A stretch of 64,000 nucleotides of DNA from an uncultured Phycisphaerales bacterium. Lineage in GTDB: Bacteria > Planctomycetota > Phycisphaerae > Tepidisphaerales > Tepidisphaeraceae. Every line of letters starts with the position of its first letter. Within the stretch, counting starts at the first letter, position 1. The notes under the pieces were generated by a model that made no database searches, had not been told where the DNA came from, and was given only the letters and a program-made list of their open reading frames with translations. The stretch covers positions 992,001 through 1,056,000 of the forward strand of contig CAVWLP010000002.1 of the NCBI GenBank assembly GCA_963755915.1, given 5' to 3'. The translations under genes were made by a program, and so were the position numbers. Below are positions 51,901-60,435 of this stretch, piece after piece.

Positions 51901-52284
51901 GGCGTCATCTACGAATACCTCGACGGCAAAACCCGCGACCGCCAGCAGCATGTCGAGCGCTTTCAGACCGACCCCAATTGCAAGCTCTTCCTCATCAGCC
52001 TGAAGGCCGGCGGATTGGGTCTGAATCTCACCGCCGCCCAATACGTTTTCCTCCTCGACCCCTGGTGGAATCCGGCCGTCGAAGCCCAGGCTATCGACCG
52101 CGCCCATCGCATCGGCCAGACCAGTCAGGTCTTCGCCTATCGCCTCATCGCCAAAGACACCGTCGAGGAAAAGGTCATCAAGCTCCAGCAAAGCAAGCGC
52201 GATCTGGCAGATGCCATCATCAACGCCGACAACGCACTCATCAGCCGCCTCGGGAAAGAAGATTTGGAACTGCTATTATCGTAG
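48937..52284 (+). CDS. SWIM zinc finger / SNF2-family helicase
   Basis: CTCP...CKH (SWIM), LRPYQ, LADDMGLGKT, DEAQ, SGTPVQN, FSQF, PWWNPAVEAQAIDRAHRIGQ. Confidence 0.95.
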   Translation: MLRALQAIQADFSRTTRLKGEDYFRRGAVRILENDSGRVVAQVQGGDLYDVNIGWNGSEYSYFCTCPHYSDNGALCKHIWATLVAADARKILPGADEMPRLRESTDETEDDWEDDEEDFEPEIRSMNFGNRKVDFIHYREKPKPPQNKPKSHAVWRRRLSELRTDWSWENDSPQNPWPPGKQIIYALSPDTDGESREISIELFTRPSEKSKGLKQLRLPMAQINSLPDPVDRQLIGMLVGIADQQFNAPYGVSVPHALKFRNARDSVALLRSMCQTGRCVLMTGNADEHIPLQWEEGEPWRMELAIAPDASGKSYKLKGVLKRGDQKIDVTQPQWIARGGLVAIDGKIAELVDDGAFQFARLLRHEQNLEIPVEQGDQLLEELLDFPRVPSLELPESMQISQARTPPRPRLTVSHPKQRDQGAEDRLVCKLTFDYQNAPIEHGDKRTAVFDSAQRKIVHRDLHAEHQALALLNELGLRPNRNWDSDPTEFTVVPRRLPAAVQALTARQWHVEVSGKIYRQPGKIQVRVSSGIDWFELDGEADFEGVDIKIPKLLQAIRKGETTVVLDDGTVGILPEDWLKRYGLLAAVGEVKDEAIQFGKNQVGLLDALLAEVPLASVDEAFAKARDQLRKFDGVRAVDPVESFTGTLRPYQCEGLGWLGFLRTFGLNGCLADDMGLGKTVQVLALLEERRTLRARSGVNGNSKIGPSLVVVPRSLVFNWQQEAAKFTPQLRVLNHATIDRLKTPDHFHEYDLVLTTYGTLRNDVADWRDIRFDYVILDEAQAIKNAASESAKAARLLRADYRLALSGTPVQNHLGELWSLLEFLNPGMLGASRAFSSMVVGADRAASAETRQFLASALRPFILRRTKEQVARDLPEKFEQTIFCELDKPQRTLYDELKEHYRQSLLTKIEQEGLGKSKLQVLEALLRLRQAACHPGLLSKTRLDDASAKLDTLLPRLAEVAEEGHKSIVFSQFTSFLAIVRKKLDEQGVIYEYLDGKTRDRQQHVERFQTDPNCKLFLISLKAGGLGLNLTAAQYVFLLDPWWNPAVEAQAIDRAHRIGQTSQVFAYRLIAKDTVEEKVIKLQQSKRDLADAIINADNALISRLGKEDLELLLS

Positions 52285-52288
52285 CCGC

Positions 52289-52762
52289 ATGAGAATTCTC
52301 GGCATCGATCCGGGGCTGCAAATCACAGGATATGGCGTCGTCGATTTCCGCGCTGCTCAACCCCAGCTCGTCGATGGCGGCGTGATCCGCCTGGCCCCAA
52401 AGACCACAATCCCCGAGCGCCTCGTCGAATTGGAATCCGAACTCGATGCCCTGCTCGCCGAATTTAAGCCCGACATCTGCGCCGTCGAACAGCTCTATTC
52501 CCATTACAAGCACCCGCGCACCGCCATCCTCATGGCCCATGCCAGGGGCGTGATCCTTCTCACCGCCCAGCGCCGCAACGTCCGCGTCAAGGAATTCTCC
52601 GCCAACCGCATCAAGCAATCTCTCGTCGGCTTCGGTCACGCCGGCAAAGCCCAGATCCAGCGCGGCATCCAGCAGATTTTCCGATTGAAGGAGCCCCTTC
52701 GCCCTCCCGACGTTTCCGACGCACTCGCCGCCGCTTTGTGTTGCGGCCAAAGCCTCCGTTAA
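52289..52762 (+). CDS. ruvC: Holliday junction resolvase
   Basis: ILGIDPG..TGYG, AVE, HARGV, K..I, DVSDALAAA. Confidence 0.95.
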   Translation: MRILGIDPGLQITGYGVVDFRAAQPQLVDGGVIRLAPKTTIPERLVELESELDALLAEFKPDICAVEQLYSHYKHPRTAILMAHARGVILLTAQRRNVRVKEFSANRIKQSLVGFGHAGKAQIQRGIQQIFRLKEPLRPPDVSDALAAALCCGQSLR

Positions 52763-52774
52763 GATGCCCTCCCC

Positions 52775-53398
52775 ATGATTTCCGCCATCACCGGAACTTT
52801 GCATCGCGTCGGCCAGGACCGCGTCCACCTCGCCTGCGGGCCGTTGCTCTACGAAATCCTCGTCCCCGCCTCCGACATCGGCCAACTAAAATCCCTCTCC
52901 AACACGGAAATCACCCTCCACACCATCTTCGATCTCGAAGGCGATGCCAGCCGCGGCGGCCTCACCCCGCGCCTGATCGGATTTCTCCGCCCCGAAGACA
53001 AACAGTTCTTCCAGCTCTTCATCACGGTAAAAGGCATCGGCCCCAAGCGCGCCCTTCGCGCCCTCGTCCAGCCCACCGGCCAGATCGCCGCCGCCATCGA
53101 AGCAAAAAACGCCCGCTATCTTGTCGAACTCCCCGAGATCGGCAAACGCATGGCCGAGCTGATCGTCGCCGAGCTCGCCGGCAAAGCCGCCCCCTTCGCC
53201 CTCACCGGCCACGCCCCCACGGCCATTTCCGCCCATTCCACCGACGAATCCGAAGCCATCGACGCCGCCGTCCAACTCGGCATCCCCCGCGTCGAAGCCG
53301 AACGACTTCTCGAGCGCGCTCGCCAGGTAAGCCCCACCATCAAATCCGCCGAATCCCTCCTCCGCGAAATGCTTAGACTTCGGACGACGCGGGGATAG
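52775..53398 (+). CDS. ruvA: Holliday junction branch migration protein A
   Basis: MISAITG, LIGF..EDKQFFQL..VKGIGPK, PEIGKRMAE. Confidence 0.93.
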   Translation: MISAITGTLHRVGQDRVHLACGPLLYEILVPASDIGQLKSLSNTEITLHTIFDLEGDASRGGLTPRLIGFLRPEDKQFFQLFITVKGIGPKRALRALVQPTGQIAAAIEAKNARYLVELPEIGKRMAELIVAELAGKAAPFALTGHAPTAISAHSTDESEAIDAAVQLGIPRVEAERLLERARQVSPTIKSAESLLREMLRLRTTRG

Positions 53399-53414
53399 CG
53401 AGCTAAAATACCTC

Positions 53415-54302
53415 ATGCCAAAAAATGGCTTCCGACTTTTTCAGGTCTTCGGAATCACGGTCTTCCTTCACTGGTCCTGGTTCCTCGTCGCCGCCTACGA
53501 CCTCATGCAGCGCCGCGGCGACTACACCTCCCCGCTCTGGAACGTCGCGGAACTCATCTCGCTTTTCGCCATCGTCACCATGCACGAATTCGGCCACGCC
53601 CTCGCCTGCCGCTCGGTAGGGGGGCGGGCCGATCGCATCGTCCTCTGGCCCCTTGGAGGCGTCGCCTACGTAAGCCCGCCTCTTCGCCCGGGCGCAATGC
53701 TCTGGAGCATCGTCGCCGGTCCGCTGGTCAATGTCGCTCTTTTACCCCTCACTCTCCCATTCCTTTTTCTCTCAGGAACCTCGGATTTCGATTTCTTTCT
53801 CCGCTCAGTCGCCATCATCAACCTCGTCCTTTTGATCTTCAATATGCTCCCCGTCTATCCCCTCGACGGCGGCAAGATTCTCTGGTCCCTCCTGTGGTTC
53901 GCGCTGGGAATGGGCCGTTCACTCATGGTCGCCAGCATCATCGGAATCGTCGGCGCCGTTGGCCTCGGCATTTTTGCCCTTTGGGTGAGCGGGCCGTGGC
54001 TCGGACTCATGGCCGCCTTCGCCGCATACCAGGCCTGGATGGGATTCCGCAGCGCGCAAATGGTCCTCCGCCGGCAATCCGCCCCCGTTCGCGAAAACGT
54101 CGCCTGCCCGGTCTGCCGCGCCCATCCACCCCTCGGCCCCTACTGGATCTGCTCCCAATGCAAAGCGCGCTTCGATGCTTTCGAGCACCAGATTTCCTGC
54201 CCCGGCTGCGGACGTCCCCATCTATGGAATACCTGTCTCGCCTGCCGAGCCAAAACCCCTTTCGCCGCCTGGACCCCCCAGCCGCCGGTGGTTCCCTCAT
54301 GA
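53415..54302 (+). CDS. Site-2 (M50) intramembrane protease with C-terminal Cys-rich zinc ribbons
   Basis: HEFGH, AGPLVN, FNMLPVYPLDGG, four CxxC pairs at the C-terminus. Confidence 0.9.
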   Translation: MPKNGFRLFQVFGITVFLHWSWFLVAAYDLMQRRGDYTSPLWNVAELISLFAIVTMHEFGHALACRSVGGRADRIVLWPLGGVAYVSPPLRPGAMLWSIVAGPLVNVALLPLTLPFLFLSGTSDFDFFLRSVAIINLVLLIFNMLPVYPLDGGKILWSLLWFALGMGRSLMVASIIGIVGAVGLGIFALWVSGPWLGLMAAFAAYQAWMGFRSAQMVLRRQSAPVRENVACPVCRAHPPLGPYWICSQCKARFDAFEHQISCPGCGRPHLWNTCLACRAKTPFAAWTPQPPVVPS

Positions 54303-54331
54303 CTCAGCGCCTCAATCACTAATTGCAAATT

Positions 54332-54371
54332 CCCCCGCCCCTGGTACGCCGGGGGAGGGTAGGGGAGGGGG
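54332..54371 (+). repeat. REP family A copy
   Basis: cccccgcccctggtacgccgggggagggtaggggaggggg. Confidence 0.88.
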
Positions 54372-54438
54372 TCGCATGTTTTTGGAGTCTCGCCTGCCGA
54401 CTTTGTGATAGCCGTACAAAGGGTTAAAACTGTATTCA

Positions 54439-55500
54439 ATGCCACGCGAACGCATCGTCTCCGCCGAACCCGCTTCCGAAGAAGAAAATCGCTTTAACTT
54501 CGCCCTCCGCCCCAAAAATTTCTCCCAGTACATCGGCCAGGAAACCCTCCTCCGCCGGCTCAAGATCGCCGTCGATGCCGCCCGCGGACGCAAGGAGCCC
54601 GTCGAGCACATCCTCCTCCACGGCCCCCCCGGCCTCGGCAAAACCACCCTCGCCCACGTCATCGCCAACGAAATGGCCGCTCAGGTCCATGTCACTAACG
54701 GCCCCGCCCTCACCAAGGGCGCCGACCTCGTCGGCATCCTCACCAGGCTTAATCAGGGAGACGTCCTTTTTATCGACGAGATTCATCGCTTGCCGGCAAT
54801 CGTCGAGGAATACCTCTATCCCGCGATGGAGGATTTCAAGGTCGATATCACGGTCGATAAAGGGATGCACGCGCGCACGCTCAACATGGACATCCCTCCC
54901 TTCACTCTCATCGGCGCCACCACCCGCATCGGCCTGCTCACCGGCCCCATGCGTAGCCGCTTCGGCATCTCCAACCACATCGAGTTTTACGCACCCGAAG
55001 CCCTCCACGAAATTCTCCGCCACAACGCCGAGCTCTTGAAAGTGAAGGCGGATGACAAAGCCCTCTGGGAACTCGCCCGCCGCAGCCGCGGAACCCCCAG
55101 GATCGCCAACCGCCTCCTCCGCCGCGTCCGCGATTTCGCCGCCGTCGAGGGGGACGGCCATCTCACCCTCCCCATCACCCAGGAGGCCCTGAAGCTCGAA
55201 GGCATCGACGACCGCGGCCTCGACGAGCAGGACCGTGCCTACCTCCGCACTCTCATCCAGGTCTACGACGGCGGACCCGCCGGCGTCGAAGCAATCGCCG
55301 CCACCCTCGGCGAGGAAGTCGACACCCTCGTCGACGTCGTCGAGCCCTTCCAATTGCAAACCGGCCTCGTCATGCGCACCCGCCAGGGCCGCCGCGCCGC
55401 CAAATCAGCTTACGAACACCTCAAGCTCAAATACGTGCCCCCCGCCCAGCCCCTCGACGAAAGCCAAAACGAGCTCTTCAACGAAGGCGAAAACTCGTAA
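54439..55500 (+). CDS. ruvB: Holliday junction branch migration helicase B
   Basis: LRP..F..YIGQ, GPPGLGKTTLA, FIDEIHRL, GATTR, SRGTPRIANRLLRRVRD. Confidence 0.97.
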   Translation: MPRERIVSAEPASEEENRFNFALRPKNFSQYIGQETLLRRLKIAVDAARGRKEPVEHILLHGPPGLGKTTLAHVIANEMAAQVHVTNGPALTKGADLVGILTRLNQGDVLFIDEIHRLPAIVEEYLYPAMEDFKVDITVDKGMHARTLNMDIPPFTLIGATTRIGLLTGPMRSRFGISNHIEFYAPEALHEILRHNAELLKVKADDKALWELARRSRGTPRIANRLLRRVRDFAAVEGDGHLTLPITQEALKLEGIDDRGLDEQDRAYLRTLIQVYDGGPAGVEAIAATLGEEVDTLVDVVEPFQLQTGLVMRTRQGRRAAKSAYEHLKLKYVPPAQPLDESQNELFNEGENS

Positions 55501-55531
55501 CATTATCGGCCCCAGATTCCTCCCCTCTTAT

Positions 55532-55608
55532 CCCCTCCCCTGGTACTCCGGGGGGTTTTGGAGGCTGAGCGAAGCGAAGTCCCGACTTGTCGGGAGCCAG
55601 GGTGGGGG
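55532..55608 (+). repeat. REP family A copy interrupted by a ~38 bp insert
   Basis: cccctcccctggtactccgggggg, then ttttggaggctgagcgaagcgaagtcccgacttgtcggg, then agccagggtggggg. Confidence 0.7.
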
Positions 55609-55724
55609 CGGTTTACTTCCGTACGGTCTTATCTATCAACACCGCACATATTTGCTCCGATATAAATATAACGCCGCGCGCATTTGATTCATTTTCAAAT
55701 GAACGCACCAGGTCCCGAGCGCCT

Positions 55725-57215
55725 ATGCACAGCACGATCAAATCCGACGTGGTCGTCGTTGCCGACGTAGAGGTCTCTCCCGACGGCATGACCGTCACGC
55801 TCAAGTGCAGCGAAACCCCCGACCGCGGCGTCGCCCCCGAAGATCTCGCCGCCCAACTCACCGGCATGGGAATCCTCGTCCCCGACCCCCAGCTCATCGC
55901 CAGCCACGCCGACCCCGACGGTAAAATTCGCGCCCACGCCGACATCCTCCTTCTCGAGGGCACCCGCCCCATCCACGGCAAGCCATCCTGGTTGGAAATC
56001 CTCGTCACACCACCCGACCCCAATCTCAAGCTCAGCCACTACGAGCGCATGGCCTACCTCACCGCCCGCCCCGGACAGGTCATCGCCAAAATCCATCCCG
56101 CCCTCAAAGGCACCGACGGCATCGACGTCTTCGGCAAGCCCGCCTCCCACATGAAGGCCCAAAGCCCCGTCTTCGACCTCGGCAAAAACGTCGCCCTCGA
56201 CCCCGATGGCATGATCATCCGCGCCACCACCCTCGGCAGAATCAATCACGAGGGCTATTCCCTCTGGGTCGAAGACGCTCTCGAAGTGCCGGGCAACGTC
56301 GATTTCGCCTCCGGCAACGTCGACGTCTCCGGCGACGTCCACATCCGCCGTGGCGTCCTCGACCTCTTCAAGGTCAAAGGCGCAAACGTCTTCGTCGGGG
56401 GCGCCGTCGAAGGCGCTGAAATCGTCGCCAACGGCAACCTCCACGTGAACGGCGGAATCGTCGGCAAGGAAAAAGGACACTGCTCCGCCACCGGCGATAT
56501 CTCCTGCAAATATTCCACCAACGCCACCCTCATCGCCGGTGGAAACGTCGTCGTCAACGGCACCGTCTCCAACTCCAATATCGCCTGTACCGGACGCCTC
56601 GCCGTCGATCGCGGCCCCCTCATGTCCGCCCACGTCACCGCCAACGGTGGTGTCTCCTGCCAGTCCCTCGGAACACCCACCAGCGAAAAAATCTTCGTCG
56701 AAGCCGGCATCGACGACGCCCTCCGCCAACTCGCCAAATCAAAGCTCCACATCGTCCTCGCCCGCCGAAAAAAAGCCGCCGACATGCGCACCAACGTCGA
56801 GCAGATGCTCAAGCAGATGCGCAACCCCACCCCCACCCAGAAGCAGCAGTCCACCGACATGCTCAATGAAGCCCTCGCCGCCGAAAAAGAAGCCGACGAA
56901 ATGCTCCGCGCCCTCCGCCAGGCCTACGACGCCAGCCGCGCCAAACGCTGTCCCGAAGTCGTCGTCCAGAACGTCGTCCACGCCGGCGCTTCCATCCGTT
57001 TCCCCGGCGTCGAAACCACCATCGAGACCGACTGGCAAGGTCCCCTTCGCCTCATCCCCAGCAAAACCGGCGAAGAATGGGAAATCCTTCTCATCGACCT
57101 CACCACCAACAGCAAGCAGGTCCTCCCCTCCCACGCCTGCACCGACCCCATCATGACCGCCCTGGAAAAAGCCATGGAAGAAACCCGCCCCCAGCCCCGC
57201 CATTCGTCAGATTAG
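55725..57215 (+). CDS. DUF342/FapA-family protein
   Basis: VSPDGMT, GTRPIHG, GTDGIDVFG, VPGNVDFASGNV..SGDV beta-helix, coiled coil, VHAGASI. Confidence 0.85.
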   Translation: MHSTIKSDVVVVADVEVSPDGMTVTLKCSETPDRGVAPEDLAAQLTGMGILVPDPQLIASHADPDGKIRAHADILLLEGTRPIHGKPSWLEILVTPPDPNLKLSHYERMAYLTARPGQVIAKIHPALKGTDGIDVFGKPASHMKAQSPVFDLGKNVALDPDGMIIRATTLGRINHEGYSLWVEDALEVPGNVDFASGNVDVSGDVHIRRGVLDLFKVKGANVFVGGAVEGAEIVANGNLHVNGGIVGKEKGHCSATGDISCKYSTNATLIAGGNVVVNGTVSNSNIACTGRLAVDRGPLMSAHVTANGGVSCQSLGTPTSEKIFVEAGIDDALRQLAKSKLHIVLARRKKAADMRTNVEQMLKQMRNPTPTQKQQSTDMLNEALAAEKEADEMLRALRQAYDASRAKRCPEVVVQNVVHAGASIRFPGVETTIETDWQGPLRLIPSKTGEEWEILLIDLTTNSKQVLPSHACTDPIMTALEKAMEETRPQPRHSSD

Positions 57216-57284
57216 GTAGAAACACTCAAGAGATTCCCGAGTATTTCCCCCTCGCCCGGTACTCCGGCCTTCGGCTCTGAGCCT

Positions 57285-58641
57285 TGTTTTGTTCCAGGAC
57301 ATAGATAACACCTCTCTCAGGACATAGGTAACACTTTTTGTGTGCTGTGCCGAGCCGGAGGGAGCGCAGCGACCGGAGGCTCGGCACAGCACACAACTCG
57401 CCGACGGCCTCGGCTGATTTCCTTCAGATTGACGCCCGCCACTGTTTGTCTGGCATAGACCACGGCCATTATTCCATCCGCCGCGGTCAACCGAATCGCT
57501 ACCGTCTCGCCCGCAAAGGCAATGCCCAAACGCCACTCGATGCTCCGGAAGGCGAACAGCCCATTGCGATCCACCTTTCTCACCTGGTCACCGGCAAGGT
57601 ACTCCACCTTGAGATCAGGCTCGTAAGCCCGAGGACTTTTGCCGTAGCGGCTGGCCGGAACCGCCAGACCCAACGCCTCGTGGGGACGCACGCAATTGTA
57701 CTGCTCACGCCAGGGGTCGAAATGCTTCTGGGCATCAGCCATATTGGCCAGCGGCTGACGCATCAGCAGCTCCTCTTTAAGCGTTCGATGCAGACGCTCG
57801 TCCTTGCCTTGTGTTTGCGGGTGACGCGGACGGCCGTGACATACTCCCACGTTCTGACGCAACAGCCACAGACCCAAACGCGTGTACCCTTGCCGTTCCT
57901 GCCCATGCCAGGTGCCCCACGGAGGACCGTTGTCGCACAAAATCCTCAGCGGCAGGCCATTTTGCTGGAATAGTCGCACCAATGCGGGCTTCACATCCTG
58001 CTCGGTCTCACCCGTGCATGCCTGCAGGCAAAGACAATAACGTGAGTGATCATCCAGCACCGTCAGGGCATGGCAACGCCGCCCGTTGCCCAAGGCGAAA
58101 TGTCCCTTGAAGTCCATCTGCCAAAGGTCATTGGGCTGATCGTGCTCAAAGCGTTGAAACGCCCGGTGCTGTGATGATCGAGCCGGATCGATCAGTCCAC
58201 CGCGAAATAAAATACGCCCGATCGTGCTCACCGCAGGCAACGTCGCCGGATCCCGACCCTGATTCTCCAGCAGCTTCCTCAGCTTGCGGCCTCCCCACAC
58301 CGGATGCTTCATGCGAAGCCTCACAACCGCCTGCCTCATCCGGCCGTCCACCTGTGCGGGACTGGCGTGCGGGCGACGCGAACGATCCAACAATCCCGCC
58401 TGACCCTCGGCACGATAACGCCGGAGCCATTTGTAACCACAGCGCCGGCTGATTCCGAACCGTCGGCAAAGCGCTGCCAGGTTAGCATCCGCCCGCATAG
58501 CCAGTTGCACAAACTCACCGCGAACTTCGTTCGTCACACATTCCTTCCAGGGCATCGGCCTCCTTTTTGGCCGTGATACCCAAAATGAAATGTGTTACCT
58601 ATGTCCTGAGAGACCTGTTACCCATGTCTCCGGTCTATACA
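57285..58641 (-). mobile_element. IS481-family insertion sequence
   Basis: TGT...ACA termini, imperfect 26-bp terminal IRs, and a perfect internal 21-bp inverted pair (ctctcaggacataggtaacac / gtgttacctatgtcctgagag). Confidence 0.92.
57317..58555 (-). CDS. IS481-family DDE transposase
   Basis: MPWKE, LCRRFGISR..GYKW, WQMDFKG, LDDHSR, CDNGPPW, HPQTQGKDERLHRTLK, RPHEAL. Confidence 0.95.
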   Translation of the reverse strand: MPWKECVTNEVRGEFVQLAMRADANLAALCRRFGISRRCGYKWLRRYRAEGQAGLLDRSRRPHASPAQVDGRMRQAVVRLRMKHPVWGGRKLRKLLENQGRDPATLPAVSTIGRILFRGGLIDPARSSQHRAFQRFEHDQPNDLWQMDFKGHFALGNGRRCHALTVLDDHSRYCLCLQACTGETEQDVKPALVRLFQQNGLPLRILCDNGPPWGTWHGQERQGYTRLGLWLLRQNVGVCHGRPRHPQTQGKDERLHRTLKEELLMRQPLANMADAQKHFDPWREQYNCVRPHEALGLAVPASRYGKSPRAYEPDLKVEYLAGDQVRKVDRNGLFAFRSIEWRLGIAFAGETVAIRLTAADGIMAVVYARQTVAGVNLKEISRGRRRVVCCAEPPVAALPPARHSTQKVLPMS

Positions 58642-58729
58642 AGGCTCAGGCTCGAAGAGGAGAGGGTCGGGGTGAGGGCCTGAAAAAAAACCAGCCCCGC
58701 ATCGTGCGTCGTTCGGCGAATAGCGCGCC

Positions 58730-59932
58730 TCACACGATCCGCTCAACCGCCTCCGGTGTACTGTCGCTCTCCATCCCCGAATCCCCACCCTTCCTCACCT
58801 CAAGATTCTCCCTCGACCTCCTCCGATACTGCCTAGGACTCAGCCCAAACCTTTCCTGAAACGCCGTGCTAAGCTGCCGCGTCTCCTTAAACCCGCAAGC
58901 ATCCGCGATCTCCCGCACCGGCCGATCCGTCCCCGCCAGCAGCAGCCGCGCACGCTCAATCTGCACCCGCCGGATTTCCTGGTAAGGCGATCTCCCCAGC
59001 GCCTTGCGAAACCGCATCTCCAGCGATCGCCGCGAGAGTGCCGTCCGCGCCAGCAAATCTTCCACGCTGATATCCCTACCTCCCTGGTCCCGGATGAACC
59101 GCATGACGGACGCCACCTCCCCATCCCCCAGCGCGATCACATCCGTCGATCGCCTGGTGATCACCTCCCGCGGCGGAATCAAAATCGGTTTTGCCGGCGC
59201 CGCTTCCCCCGCGATCAACCGCGCCAGCAGCGCCGCCGCTTCATACCCGATCTGTTCCGTATTCAGCCGAATGCTCGACAGCCTCACCCCCGAAAGCTCG
59301 CATTGAATGTCATCGTTATCCACCCCCAGCACCGCCACATCATCCGGCACAATCGCGCCGTTCCGAACCACTTCCCGCACGATCTCCCGCGCAAACGCGT
59401 CGTTGTAACAAAAAATCCCCAGCGGCCGCGGCAGCGATCTCAGCACCTCCTCGCGCTGCAGCGCCGAATCCTCCCCCGACATATCCATCGCCTGACACGA
59501 ATACGGCGCCACCGCCTCGCAAAACGCGTCCCGCCTGATCCGGCAGCACTCCAGCTCAAACGGCCCGCAAAACGCGAAGCTCCGCAAATGCCGCTCTTCC
59601 AGAAAATATCGCGCCGCCATCCGACCCGTCGCAACGTCATCGGGAAAAACCCCCGGCAATCCCGCCTCCGGATTCAAAATATTCGCGACATTCACCGCCG
59701 GCTTCCCCATCTGGATGAGGAAGTCCGCCTGCCCCCGATCCTTGATCTGGATGATGAACCCGTCGAAATCGTCCTTCGTCAGGCTCCGCGAAAAATCCCA
59801 GTCCGACATCGGATTGAAATCAAAGTCCCAGTTCCCATGGATCTTCGCGAAGTCCGCAATCCCGCGCAGAATCCCCCGGCTATACGCGTACGCAATGTTC
59901 GCACAAAGTCGGATTCGCAGGTTTTCAGCCAT
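58730..59932 (-). CDS. XylR-type regulator (periplasmic-binding-like domain plus AraC HTH)
   Basis: YSRGILRGI, LPRPLGIFCYND, PDDVAVLGVDND, GYEAA.LL, SRRSLEMRF, IADACGF, SPRQYR. Confidence 0.9.
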   Translation of the reverse strand: MAENLRIRLCANIAYAYSRGILRGIADFAKIHGNWDFDFNPMSDWDFSRSLTKDDFDGFIIQIKDRGQADFLIQMGKPAVNVANILNPEAGLPGVFPDDVATGRMAARYFLEERHLRSFAFCGPFELECCRIRRDAFCEAVAPYSCQAMDMSGEDSALQREEVLRSLPRPLGIFCYNDAFAREIVREVVRNGAIVPDDVAVLGVDNDDIQCELSGVRLSSIRLNTEQIGYEAAALLARLIAGEAAPAKPILIPPREVITRRSTDVIALGDGEVASVMRFIRDQGGRDISVEDLLARTALSRRSLEMRFRKALGRSPYQEIRRVQIERARLLLAGTDRPVREIADACGFKETRQLSTAFQERFGLSPRQYRRRSRENLEVRKGGDSGMESDSTPEAVERIV

Positions 59933-60435
59933 AAACCTCGACGTTGCGTATATTGTGAACATATTAGCAGCTTTTTGCACTGTCGCGAGCATACCCCAAC
60001 ATTTTCTAAGGAATATTCCCCCCAACTTATTGCCGGAAAACACGTTATCGGCTGTTAATCCCCCGAATCCGGGTTACTGCCCGACTCGCGTTCTGATACT
60101 TTTGCCGTTCGTGAGGTCTCTACGTTTTTTGCCGCTCGCCTTCCTCGTCGGACGAGAGGGTTTCGTCTTCTTCCTCCCGTTCCTTCTGGCCTGCATTTTC
60201 ATTCATTTAGTAGTTCGCGCCGCCCGGGGTTGATCGAAACCTCAGCCAAATCAGCAGCCAAAATTCTCGAACTTCTCCCCCGACTTTCTTCCCAACACCT
60301 CACAGCCGCCCCGAACGTCACCGGGGCAGCCATGTGTTATCGCGGCGGAACCGCGTTTTATAATCGCATGAAAGGCCATCTCCCTGCCGGAAGTTAACAT
60401 TCCGGTTTTGGTGTCATTCACACAAGGAGATAGCC

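Noticed and set aside
48937-52284. SNF2 helicase as part of a defence system
   Set aside because: Standard SWIM-SNF2 architecture with host-like codon usage in a housekeeping context, and no methylase or nuclease partners.
60074-60202. 42-aa basic minus-strand ORF MKMQARRNGRKKTK...
   Set aside because: No RBS or recognisable motif, so not supportable from sequence alone.
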